From Candidatus Woesearchaeota archaeon (GTDB lineage Archaea > Nanobdellota > Nanobdellia > Woesearchaeales > WJIZ01), in assembly GCA_018303125.1 (NCBI GenBank), contig JAGVYS010000004.1, positions 1-55,448 of the forward strand: DNA of 55,448 bases, read 5' to 3'. The notes under the pieces were generated by a model. The model made no database searches, was not told the origin of the DNA, and saw only the letters and a list, made by a program, of their open reading frames with translations. Below are positions 36,922 through 45,093 of the stretch, in pieces (position 1 is the first letter of the stretch; each line of letters begins with the position of its first letter). The position numbers and the translations under genes were made by a program.

Positions 36922-39105
36922 TTATGCGCCAAGCATTGCGTCAGTCAGTCCTTTCCTTTCCTTGAGCTGCGCCTTGATTCTCTCCTGCAGCTCCATCGGC
37001 ATCTTCTCGAACATCTGGTCCATGAGGCTTGAGTTTCCCCTTCCTTCTGTTGCTGACCTCAGCTCTGATGACCATCCAAACATCTCGCCTACTGGAAGCT
37101 TTGACTTTGCAATAACAAGTGAGCCTTCCTGGTTCATCTCAAGAAGCTGTCCTCTCTTGTTTGAAACTAGCTTGGATATCTCGCCCATGAATTCAACAGG
37201 CGCCTCTATCCTCATTACTTGGAGAGGCTCATAGAGTACTGGAGTAGCAAGCATCATTGCGCCCCTTATTCCGTCCCTTATTGCAGGATAAACCTGTGCA
37301 GGCCCCCTGTGGATTGCGTCCTCGTGCAGGCTCATGTCCGTTAGCCTTACTTTCACTTTCACGCAAGGCTCTTTTGCCAATGGGCCGCCTTTCATGACAT
37401 CCTCAAACATATCAAGTATCAGATCTATTACCTCCCCGACATGCACTTGCCCTCTTGTCTCATCCGTGAACATGTTGCCTTTGAATATGTCCTTTACCCT
37501 GACAGCATCCTTGGAATCCATCCCTGCTTCCACCAATGCGTCCCTCATCTCAGTTGACTTCTTCTTTATCCTTCCTTCCGGTATGTTCCCAGACTTGATT
37601 AGAGTATAGACACTGTCCTCAAGAGGCTCAACCCTGAAATAGAATTTGTTGTGCTTGTTTGGTGACTTTCCTTCAACCTCACCGGATGATGGCTTTGTAA
37701 CGGTCTCCCTGTAAACAACTATGGGGGGGCTTGTCTTTATCTTCACGTTCTTCTCTGTGATAATTCTGTTCTCTATTATCTCGAGGTGCAGCTCGCCCAT
37801 GCCGTGCATTAGGTGCTCCCCTGTCTCCTCGTTAATTTCTATCTTTATTGATGGGTCTTCCTTTGCCACTGTTCTCAGTGTCTCGACAAGCTTTGGAAGC
37901 TCTGCCGGATTCTGGGCCTTGATTGCCTTGGTGATGACAGGCTCAAAGATATGTGTTATCTCCTCAAATGGAGTAGTTTGCGATGTAGTGACTGTCTCTC
38001 CAGGATATGCCCTTAAGCCGCTCACTCCAATTATGTTCCCTGCCGGAACATTGTCAACTATCTCCCTCTTTGCCCCATTGTAGACAAAAACCTGCTGTAT
38101 CCTCGAACTCTGTTTCATCCTGTTCAGGTATACCTCAGTCCCTCTTGTCATTGTCCCGCCGAAAAGCCTTCCTGCTGCTATTTCGCCGGCTTGTGGATCT
38201 ACAACAACTTTCGTTATGACAAAGAAAAGCTGGCCTGAAGGGTCGCATTTAAGCAATGACTTGCCTTCCTCAGACTCAAGCTCTCCGTTCCATATCTTTG
38301 GAATTCTATAAGACTGTGCAGTCACTGGGTTGGGAAGATGGTCAATTACCATGTCAAGCACTACCTCATGTAATGGTACTCTCCTGGCAAGCTCCTTGTA
38401 TTCCTTTTCCTCTCCTGACTGGTATGCTGCAATTACATCCTTGAAGCTTATGTTCTTTTCCTTCATGTATGGCAGGCTAAGCGCCCAGTTGTGGAAAGCC
38501 GAGCCGAATGCTACTTTGCCATCCATGACATTAAGCTGCCACTTCTCACCGAATTCCTTCTCTGCAATGTCCCTTATCAACTGGTTGACTGCGGTTATTA
38601 TCTTGATGAATCTCTCTTGCATCTGCTCTGGTGTAAGCTGAAGCTCCTTGATTAGCCTGTCTACCTTGTTGATGAACAATATTGGCTTGACCCTCTCCCT
38701 TAGAGCCTGCCTGAGAACTGTTTCTGTCTGCGGCATTATTCCCTCGGAAGCGCAAACCAGTGTAATTGCACCGTCGACTGCCCTCATGGCTCTTGTTACA
38801 TCGCCACCGAAATCGACATGCCCAGGTGTATCAATAAGATTAACAAGGTACTCTGTGCCGTTGAAATCATGAACCATTGATACAGATGCAGCATCTATGG
38901 TTATGCCCCTTGCCTTCTCGTCCTCGTGAAAGTCGAGGGCAAGCTGCTTGCCTGCCTGGTCCTTGGATATCATTCCCGCCCCACCGAGCAGGTTATCAGA
39001 AAATGTTGTCTTTCCATGATCAATATGTGCACAGATGGCTATGTTCCTTATCTTGTCAGGATACTTCATAATCCTCATGACCTTCTCAACCATCTTTTCT
39101 CCCAT
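36922..39105 (-). CDS. fusA: Translation elongation factor EF-2
   Basis: AHIDHGKTT, RGITI, DTPGHVDF, NKVD; diphthamide loop LHEDAIHRGPAQ. Confidence 0.98.
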   Translation of the reverse strand: MGEKMVEKVMRIMKYPDKIRNIAICAHIDHGKTTFSDNLLGGAGMISKDQAGKQLALDFHEDEKARGITIDAASVSMVHDFNGTEYLVNLIDTPGHVDFGGDVTRAMRAVDGAITLVCASEGIMPQTETVLRQALRERVKPILFINKVDRLIKELQLTPEQMQERFIKIITAVNQLIRDIAEKEFGEKWQLNVMDGKVAFGSAFHNWALSLPYMKEKNISFKDVIAAYQSGEEKEYKELARRVPLHEVVLDMVIDHLPNPVTAQSYRIPKIWNGELESEEGKSLLKCDPSGQLFFVITKVVVDPQAGEIAAGRLFGGTMTRGTEVYLNRMKQSSRIQQVFVYNGAKREIVDNVPAGNIIGVSGLRAYPGETVTTSQTTPFEEITHIFEPVITKAIKAQNPAELPKLVETLRTVAKEDPSIKIEINEETGEHLMHGMGELHLEIIENRIITEKNVKIKTSPPIVVYRETVTKPSSGEVEGKSPNKHNKFYFRVEPLEDSVYTLIKSGNIPEGRIKKKSTEMRDALVEAGMDSKDAVRVKDIFKGNMFTDETRGQVHVGEVIDLILDMFEDVMKGGPLAKEPCVKVKVRLTDMSLHEDAIHRGPAQVYPAIRDGIRGAMMLATPVLYEPLQVMRIEAPVEFMGEISKLVSNKRGQLLEMNQEGSLVIAKSKLPVGEMFGWSSELRSATEGRGNSSLMDQMFEKMPMELQERIKAQLKERKGLTDAMLGA

Positions 39106-39106
39106 C

Positions 39107-39613
39107 TTAGCCGCCCTTCCAGAATGTTTCCTTTGTTGTCATGCTCCTCGTCTCAGTCTCGAATATCGCCGAAACAAGCTCGCCTGGCCTGAACCAGAGC
39201 TTTATTTCCCTTTCCCCTTCTTTTGCGCTCTCTGAAGCATGTATGACGTTTTCAAACCTACCCTTTGAGGTTATCCTGCCGTATTTCCCCCTTATGCTGC
39301 CCGGATGCGCTTCCTCGGGGTTCGTCGATCCTGCGGCATCCCTTATCTTCTTGCATGCATATTCTCCTTCATAAACAAGCGCTACAACAGTTCGGGTATG
39401 GAACTCCCCTGTGATATAATCGATAAGCTCGCTGAAAAATTTCTCTTCCCTGAGATGCTGGTAGTGCTCCTCTGCAAGCTCCCTGGTCACTTCAACAACT
39501 TTGGCCCCAACAATCCCGAGGCCAGTAGCTGCCAAATCAGAAATGATGTCTCCCGTCAGGCCCTTTAGCACTGCGTCAGGCTTAATTAGAACAAGGCACT
39601 GCTCTTTTTTCAT
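39107..39613 (-). CDS. ndk: Nucleoside diphosphate kinase
   Basis: LVLIKPDAV, GSTNP, GSIRG, NVIHASES. ATG at 39613 overlaps the eL24 TGA; track start 39640. Confidence 0.95.
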   Translation of the reverse strand: MKKEQCLVLIKPDAVLKGLTGDIISDLAATGLGIVGAKVVEVTRELAEEHYQHLREEKFFSELIDYITGEFHTRTVVALVYEGEYACKKIRDAAGSTNPEEAHPGSIRGKYGRITSKGRFENVIHASESAKEGEREIKLWFRPGELVSAIFETETRSMTTKETFWKGG

Positions 39614-39786
39614 TGTCTCTTTATGTACCTCTTGCTCCATCTCGTTGTTATTGGCTTTCTCTTCAGCTTAAGGTAGCTTTTCTCGCATTTCTTGTTTTTG
39701 AAATAAAGCGCCTTTCCTTCTTTTGTGACAAATATCATGCCTGTGCCAGGCTCAATCTCTTCTCCTGAAAAAGTGCATTTGACCAT
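39610..39786 (-). CDS. rpl24e: 50S ribosomal protein eL24 (58 aa; not in ORF track)
   Basis: Manual translation MVKCTFSGEEIEPGTGMIFVTKEGKALYFKNKKCEKSYLKLKRKPITTRWSKRYIKRQ*. Confidence 0.93.
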   Translation of the reverse strand: MVKCTFSGEEIEPGTGMIFVTKEGKALYFKNKKCEKSYLKLKRKPITTRWSKRYIKRQ

Positions 39787-39788
39787 TT

Positions 39789-40133
39789 TCAGCTCCTCCT
39801 TCCCCTTCCTGCACTGTTAAGCGGCTTGGCCTCGAACTCTGTTTCCCTGAGAACAAGTATGTCCCCTATCTGTATAGGCCCCTTGATGTTTCTCCTAAGG
39901 ACTTTGTTTTCATCTCTTCCCTCCAGTATTTTGCATCTTACCTGAACGGCTTCTCCCCTTGTCCCTGTCCTTCCGATTATTTCCTGAACCTCTGCAGCAA
40001 ATCCCTTGACAAAGCTTACCTTTCCCTTTATTTCCCCTTCCTGCTTCGGAGGAACGCCCTTATTATCTTCCTTTGGCTTGTCCTTTGCCTGTTCGGGCTT
40101 CTGTGGAACCGTCTTTTTTTCTTCCTTCTGCAT
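39789..40133 (-). CDS. rps28e: 30S ribosomal protein eS28 with N-terminal extension
   Basis: AEVQEIIGRTGTRGEAVQVRCKIL, RRNIKGP, DILVLRETE. ATG at 40133 follows the L7Ae stop. Confidence 0.93.
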   Translation of the reverse strand: MQKEEKKTVPQKPEQAKDKPKEDNKGVPPKQEGEIKGKVSFVKGFAAEVQEIIGRTGTRGEAVQVRCKILEGRDENKVLRRNIKGPIQIGDILVLRETEFEAKPLNSAGRGRRS

Positions 40134-40134
40134 T

Positions 40135-40461
40135 TTACTCTTCCTTCTTTCCCGGCTGCAGCTTGTCAATCATTCCCTTTGCTTCTGCCGCATCAACAAT
40201 CGCAACCGCAGATGTGCCTACCTCAATGCCCGCTGCTGCACCAAGCTCCTCCTTTGTTGAAACCTCGAAGCATGGTATCCCTTTCTCCTTACAGAGTATA
40301 GGTATATGCATGATAACTTCCTTAGGCTCAACATCTTTTGCATAGGCAACAAGCTTTGCCTTGCCTTTTTCTATTGCTTTTGTGACCTCATTCGAGCCTT
40401 TTCTTATCTTTCCTGTTGCTTTTGCGACCTCGATGGCCTCAAGCACGTTGTCTTCTCCCAT
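40135..40461 (-). CDS. rpl7ae: Ribosomal / RNP protein L7Ae
   Basis: GKIRKGSNEVTKAIEKG, AKDVEP, ELGAAAG; AGGAGG SD upstream. Confidence 0.97.
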   Translation of the reverse strand: MGEDNVLEAIEVAKATGKIRKGSNEVTKAIEKGKAKLVAYAKDVEPKEVIMHIPILCKEKGIPCFEVSTKEELGAAAGIEVGTSAVAIVDAAEAKGMIDKLQPGKKEE

Positions 40462-40496
40462 TTTAACCCTCCTAGTAAAACCATTAACAGAATGAT

Positions 40497-40538
40497 CTTA
40501 CCTCAATCACCCTTGCGGGCTCATTTGTCATTGGTAAG
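40497..40538 (-). promoter_or_regulatory. Tandem K-turn hairpin in the l7ae 5' leader
   Basis: Minus strand CUUACC AAU GA C A AAU GA GCCC GCAA GGGU GA U U GA GGUAAG: two 3-nt bulges, each followed by tandem G.A/A.G pairs, capped by a GCAA tetraloop. TATA-like TTTATATA at about 40556-40563. Confidence 0.8.
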
Positions 40539-40641
40539 AGGATGGAAAGCCAACATATATAAATAGGTATCGGAGATATGGACTGTAAAGTAAGAGGAAG
40601 CCAGAAAGTTTTAAAAAGTTGAAAAGGAGTTAATCAAGAGT

Positions 40642-41358
40642 ATGAAGGGAACGTTTTTTCTCATGCTAATTTTTGCCGTGTTAGTTAGTTTCTTGGTTCT
40701 TGCCCAGGAGGTTGTTGATTCAAAAGATAGTGAGATAAGAACGATTTCTAATGATGAAAATTACTGTCGTGCGTGGTTGCAACAGAACTCTGTTGGAGAG
40801 GAGTGCGCTTATGGGGAGTGTTATATGAATAACTTGAAGGTGGATACCACAATAAATTGCAAAAGCACAATTCCGGATGATGTTCCAGAAAATGTGAGGA
40901 TGTCTGGTGAACCTTGCAATGTTACCTATGATAAAGATAATGATGGTTGCTTGGTTCTAAGGTGCCCTGGGTATTCAAAACATATATGCGTAGATTCATA
41001 TAGCGAACCCAAAAAAGAAGAAACGAAAACAGTCCTTTTCAGAAATCCTAAAACTGTAATTAGCAATACGCTGTATGCTTCCCAGACATTTTATGGTTTA
41101 AAGATTAAAGCCGATGCTTTAGCTGATTACTATGATACAATTGGAGATGCAGAAAATTCAAACAAATACAACAGTATTGCATCTCAATTCCTGGAAGTTT
41201 CAAATATGATTGATTCTTTAAGAACTAAATTGATTGGAAAAACGCGGGGAGTAAAGGATATAAATGACCTGAGTGATGCAGGCAAAAAAGAAATAATAAG
41301 TGATGTCATCAAAATTGAAGGCAAGATAAATCAGATAAGGAAAGACATTTATGGTTAA
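40642..41358 (+). CDS. Secreted hypothetical protein (Cys-rich domain + helical bundle)
   Basis: Signal peptide, seven Cys in the N-terminal half, helical C-terminus. Confidence 0.7.
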   Translation: MKGTFFLMLIFAVLVSFLVLAQEVVDSKDSEIRTISNDENYCRAWLQQNSVGEECAYGECYMNNLKVDTTINCKSTIPDDVPENVRMSGEPCNVTYDKDNDGCLVLRCPGYSKHICVDSYSEPKKEETKTVLFRNPKTVISNTLYASQTFYGLKIKADALADYYDTIGDAENSNKYNSIASQFLEVSNMIDSLRTKLIGKTRGVKDINDLSDAGKKEIISDVIKIEGKINQIRKDIYG

Positions 41359-41359
41359 A

Positions 41360-41896
41360 ATGAACTACCCACCGGAGCAGAGCTCCGGGGTATCTCTTAG
41401 AAATTGATAAGCTGAAGCTGACTAGCATCCCTACCCTGGTGCCTGATGTACTCCTTCATTTTCTCCTCGCCATACCCGTCTCCTACGGTATCGATGTGCC
41501 CACCTTCTGTCCAGAAGTGCCCACCCCACAACTCTTTTTTGATTTCTGGAAAACGCTTGAAGATTTCTTTTGCCGTGATGCTTTTGCAAATTTGCATGAC
41601 TTCTGATGGCGAATAGCGGGGCCTAGCTTCAACGAGGAGATGAAGGTGATCCTCGTCAGTACCGAGTGCGTGGAATTTGAGGTAGTAGCGCTTTTCGATG
41701 CCATGGCAAACTTCCTGGAGGAAGCCAAGTATAGCATCGGAGATGAGATCTTTGCGGTATTTGACAACGAAGACCATATGGTAGCGAATCCTGAAACTGC
41801 AGTGAGGTGCAAATTCAACCTTCATAACTGGGCAGAAGTGATGTAGATTTAAATTCTATCCGGAGCAGAGCTCCGGGGTATTAAACCCAACGAGGA
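41360..41896 (-). mobile_element. IS200/IS605-family element, TnpA only (~537 bp)
   Basis: Identical hairpin CCGGAGC-AGA-GCTCCGG near both ends (41372-41388, 41860-41876). On the minus strand the right end finishes in TTCAT and the left flank is TTTAT. No TnpB. Confidence 0.85.
41397..41825 (-). CDS. tnpA: IS200/IS605 Y1 HUH transposase
   Basis: YHMVFVVKYR, DEDHLHLLV (HUH), LWGGHFW, YIRHQ (catalytic Tyr). Confidence 0.95.
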   Translation of the reverse strand: MKVEFAPHCSFRIRYHMVFVVKYRKDLISDAILGFLQEVCHGIEKRYYLKFHALGTDEDHLHLLVEARPRYSPSEVMQICKSITAKEIFKRFPEIKKELWGGHFWTEGGHIDTVGDGYGEEKMKEYIRHQGRDASQLQLINF

Positions 41897-42181
41897 ATAA
41901 AAAAATATTCAATTGTCGGATTAGTAATTTTAATTATTATAATTGCGGGATTATTTCTCTATAACTTCACACAGCAAGATATCCCTGCAGAGTACAATAA
42001 AAAACCAGTAATAAATTCGGAATCTGATTCCCGGAAGGTTATTAATGATATTGATGCATCAGTAAACGATTCTTTGAGCCTTTTAGGAGATTTGAAGGAC
42101 TCTCTAAGCTGATTGGCACGAACTAAAAGAAGTCTTTAAAACATGAAAGTAGTATAATCAAGAAAGAAATGCCAGATAAGC

Positions 42182-42583
42182 ATGGATTGCTCAGAAGGGA
42201 ACTGGAAAGAGAAGCTCACTCCGAAGCAGTACCATATCCTAAAGGAAAAAGGCACTGAATTGCCCTTTACAGGTGCATACTGGAACAATAAGAAAAAGGG
42301 AGAATATTTGTGTGCCGGTTGCGGTGCAAAGCTCTTCATCTCAGATACAAAATTCGAATCAGGGACAGGCTGGCCAAGCTTCTATGAGCCTGCGGCTAAA
42401 AAAGCTGTTGAGAAAAAGGAAGACAAGGGCATGTTCATGAAAAGAACGGAGGTACTATGCAACAAGTGCAAGGGCCATCTTGGGCATGTATTCAATGATG
42501 GTCCAGAGCCAACAGGATTGAGGTACTGCATAAATTCTGCAGCTTTAAAATTCAAGGAAAATGACAAAAAAGGGGATAAGTGA
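42182..42583 (+). CDS. msrB: Methionine-R-sulfoxide reductase
   Basis: [43 protein letters not shown]. Confidence 0.97.
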   Translation: MDCSEGNWKEKLTPKQYHILKEKGTELPFTGAYWNNKKKGEYLCAGCGAKLFISDTKFESGTGWPSFYEPAAKKAVEKKEDKGMFMKRTEVLCNKCKGHLGHVFNDGPEPTGLRYCINSAALKFKENDKKGDK

Positions 42584-43017
42584 TGGATTCAGAAGCCATG
42601 CAATACCGGTATCCGGACGCATTGCTGAAAGAGAAGTACAAGATTTTCAACTATGCGCTGATAGGGATATGTGCAATATTCATTGTGTTCAGGATAGCTC
42701 TCTACACGTTGCTATATCCCCTTATGTTTACAAGTGGATTTAGCGGTGAGTGGTTTAAGGCTGTGGGATGGCTTGCATTATTGCTTAACACAGTAATGCT
42801 GGTATTGATGGTTTGGATAATAAAGCTGCTTTTCAGATTTGATGCACGTGCTTACCTCTTGCTGATTATTCTATCTTTGACATCGCTGTCTTCCATGATT
42901 AAGTATTTCGACATGCTAAGCACGGTGTTAGTATTGGCAGGATTAGGCCTTTCATTTTTCCTCAAGAAAAAGCTCTTCCCAAACATACCTGTCTTCAGTT
43001 ACGTCCCTAAGAAATAG
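42580..43017 (+). CDS. Hypothetical four-TM membrane protein
   Basis: Overlaps the msrB stop; four hydrophobic segments. Confidence 0.65.
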   Translation: MMDSEAMQYRYPDALLKEKYKIFNYALIGICAIFIVFRIALYTLLYPLMFTSGFSGEWFKAVGWLALLLNTVMLVLMVWIIKLLFRFDARAYLLLIILSLTSLSSMIKYFDMLSTVLVLAGLGLSFFLKKKLFPNIPVFSYVPKK

Positions 43018-43046
43018 TTTTTTATTGCCTCAGCTCTAATGGTAGC

Positions 43047-43793
43047 TTACACTTCTATTTTTGAAAACAGATAAGAGCCGAGCAATCCCAGCAAGATTGC
43101 TCCAGAGATTATTACAGAAAAGTCAAGCAATATTGGAAAATGGCTCGCTCCAGATAGCGTTCCACGCAATCCATCTATGCCATAAGTGAGCGGATTTGCC
43201 ATGGAAACTGCCTTTATTCCTGCAGGTGCCTCTGTAAGCGGAAAAAGCGATCCTGAAAGGAAAAATATGGGCATTATAATGAAGTTCATCACAAGTGGAA
43301 ATGCCTGCATGTCAGTCATTCTTGAGGCAATTGCCGTCCCGAAAGCAGTAAACATGAAAGCAATTAGGAAAATGAATGCCATGCTTAGGAGAGCGCCTAA
43401 CAAAGATACAGGGCGGAACCCGATTAGCAAAGCTATTAAGAGCACAATTATTCCCTGGATAGATGATGTTGTTGCCCCTCCCAGCGTTCTTCCGAGCATA
43501 ATCTTCCATCTTGGGATAGGTGCCACAAGTGTTTCTTTTAGAAATCCGAATTGCCTGTCCCAGATAATCTCAATGCCTGCGAACATCGCAGTAAAAAGAA
43601 TGCTCATGGCTATTATTCCAGGGACCAGGAAATTTACGTAATTGCCCTGGCCTGCTTTTTCAAAAACAGCACCGAGTCCGAAGCCAAGCGCCAGGAGAAA
43701 CAAAAGAGGTTGGCCTAAAGAGCCTATAATCCTTGCCTTGGATCTCCATGTCTTTTTAAGCTGCCTTAGCCACATGACATAAACCGCTTCCAT
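43047..43793 (-). CDS. ABC-2 type permease (DrrB-like)
   Basis: IIWDRQFGFLKETLVAP, FFLSGSLFP, NPLTYGIDGLR. ATG at 43793 overlaps the ATPase stop. Confidence 0.92.
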   Translation of the reverse strand: MEAVYVMWLRQLKKTWRSKARIIGSLGQPLLFLLALGFGLGAVFEKAGQGNYVNFLVPGIIAMSILFTAMFAGIEIIWDRQFGFLKETLVAPIPRWKIMLGRTLGGATTSSIQGIIVLLIALLIGFRPVSLLGALLSMAFIFLIAFMFTAFGTAIASRMTDMQAFPLVMNFIIMPIFFLSGSLFPLTEAPAGIKAVSMANPLTYGIDGLRGTLSGASHFPILLDFSVIISGAILLGLLGSYLFSKIEV

Positions 43794-44599
43794 TATCTCC
43801 TGCCCCAAAGCTTTGCCATTGCCCTAAGCTGGTCCTGGGCTGTCCCTGCTTCCTTTCTGATTGAATGCCCTGTAAGCTTCAGGAAGGCTTCTTCCAACGT
43901 TTCTGCCTTGGCTTTCTCCTTGATTTCCTGTGATGTACCCTCGACTATTATTTTTCCGTGGTCGATGATTGCTATGATGTCTGAATTTTTATCTGCCTCT
44001 TCCATATAGTGCGTCGTAAAGAAAACAGTCATGCCTTCTTTTTGATTCAGTTCCCTGACGTAATCCCATAGATGATTCCTTGTCTGCGGGTCAAGGCCAA
44101 GTATTGGCTCATCCAGGAACAGTATTTTAGGGTGGTGTATGAGCCCTCTTGCTACTTCCAGACGCCTTTTCATCCCTCCGGAAAATGTCTTGACGAAATC
44201 ATCTTTCCTTTCCCAGAGGTCAACAAGATTTAATAGGTATTCAATGCGCTCTTTCCTTAATTTTTTAGGGACATCATAAAACGCTCCATGAAAATCCATG
44301 TTCTCATATGCGGTTAAATCATCGTCCAGGCTTGGGTCCTGGAAAACAATCCCGAATGATTTCCTTGCTAGCTGCTGCTCTGTAACAGGGTCATATAAGT
44401 CCACCTTGATATTTCCTGAAGTTGGATGCAAAAGAGTTGTCAGGATTTTGATAGTTGTTGTCTTGCCTGCACCGTTCGGCCCGAGAAATACAAACTTCTT
44501 TCCTCTTGGAACAGTAAATGAAATATTGTCTACTGCAGTAAAATTTCCGAATTTTTTTACCAGATTTTCCACTGATATTGCAGGAGATTCTGTTGCCAT
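43793..44599 (-). CDS. ABC exporter ATP-binding protein (DrrA-like)
   Basis: Walker A GPNGAGKTT, signature FSGGM, Walker B LFLDEP, H-loop TTHY. Track start 44620. Confidence 0.95.
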   Translation of the reverse strand: MATESPAISVENLVKKFGNFTAVDNISFTVPRGKKFVFLGPNGAGKTTTIKILTTLLHPTSGNIKVDLYDPVTEQQLARKSFGIVFQDPSLDDDLTAYENMDFHGAFYDVPKKLRKERIEYLLNLVDLWERKDDFVKTFSGGMKRRLEVARGLIHHPKILFLDEPILGLDPQTRNHLWDYVRELNQKEGMTVFFTTHYMEEADKNSDIIAIIDHGKIIVEGTSQEIKEKAKAETLEEAFLKLTGHSIRKEAGTAQDQLRAMAKLWGRR

Positions 44600-44660
44600 G
44601 TTAGATAATACTGCATACAATTATTGTAGATTTAAATAGCTTAGTGTCTGTATGATTCTC

Positions 44661-44855
44661 TGTTATCCAGAAACTACTAGACATCACGAAACTACTAGAC
44701 AATTCTGAGTTCATCCCATACTTCAAGCGGTGTTCTGTAGCCGAGGCTCATGTGAATCCTCTTTTTGTTATAGTGCATAATTTATCTTTTCTGAGTTTGT
44801 TAATTACGCATAAAATAGACAAATATCTGTTGTCTGGTTAAATCGTGATAGCACA
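44661..44855 (-). mobile_element. IS481-like non-autonomous miniature element (~195 bp)
   Basis: TGT...ACA ends with related subterminal motifs; GAAACTACTAGACA twice (44670-44683, 44688-44701); flanking direct repeat GTGTCTGTATGATTC (44644-44658, 44856-44870); minus-strand remnant MHYNKKRIHMSLGYRTP. Confidence 0.7.
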
Positions 44856-44889
44856 GTGTCTGTATGATTCCAAAAAGTTTATATACTTA

Positions 44890-44933
44890 TGTTACAAATT
44901 TGATGCAATATAGGTACTTATTTGTTACAAATT
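44890..44933 (+). promoter_or_regulatory. Putative operator: TGTTACAAATT direct repeat
   Basis: Identical 11-mers at 44890-44900 and 44923-44933, between TTTATATA (44878-44885) and the RHH start codon. Confidence 0.55.
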
Positions 44934-45093
44934 GGTAAAAAGAGTGAGCATAAGCCTGGACAGCGAACAGACAAGGCTTCTCAGCCGGGTAAAGGGCTAC
45001 GGCACAAAGGACGCAGAGAAAGTCAAGAGCATCCTCATGGCCTACCTGTCTGAGAAAGGCTACCTGCAGGAATTCAACAGGAGGAAAGGATAA
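44932..45093 (+). CDS. Ribbon-helix-helix-like regulator (53 aa; not in ORF track)
   Basis: TTG start, MVKRVSISLDSEQTRLLSRVKGYGTKDAEKVKSILMAYLSEKGYLQEFNRRKG*. TAA abuts the antiporter ATG. Confidence 0.7.
   Translation: MVKRVSISLDSEQTRLLSRVKGYGTKDAEKVKSILMAYLSEKGYLQEFNRRKG

Larger units (their letters stand above)
41351..42112 (+). pseudogene. Small membrane-anchored protein gene split by IS200 (41351-41359 + 41897-42112)
   Basis: Removing 41360-41896 gives MVK|IKKYSIVGLVILIIIIAGLFLYNFTQQ...LKDSLS* (74 aa), with the ATG overlapping the upstream gene end. Confidence 0.7.

Noticed and set aside
41897-41899. ATA start codon for the small ORF after IS200, and a general ATA-start hypothesis (also 2693 and 10682)
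   Set aside because: An in-frame ATG is recovered at 41351 once the IS is removed and at 2702 for the other gene. purN alone is not enough evidence.
44643-44870. 16-bp direct repeats as a mini-CRISPR or recombination site
   Set aside because: Only two copies about 200 bp apart, better explained as the target duplication of the IS481-like element.
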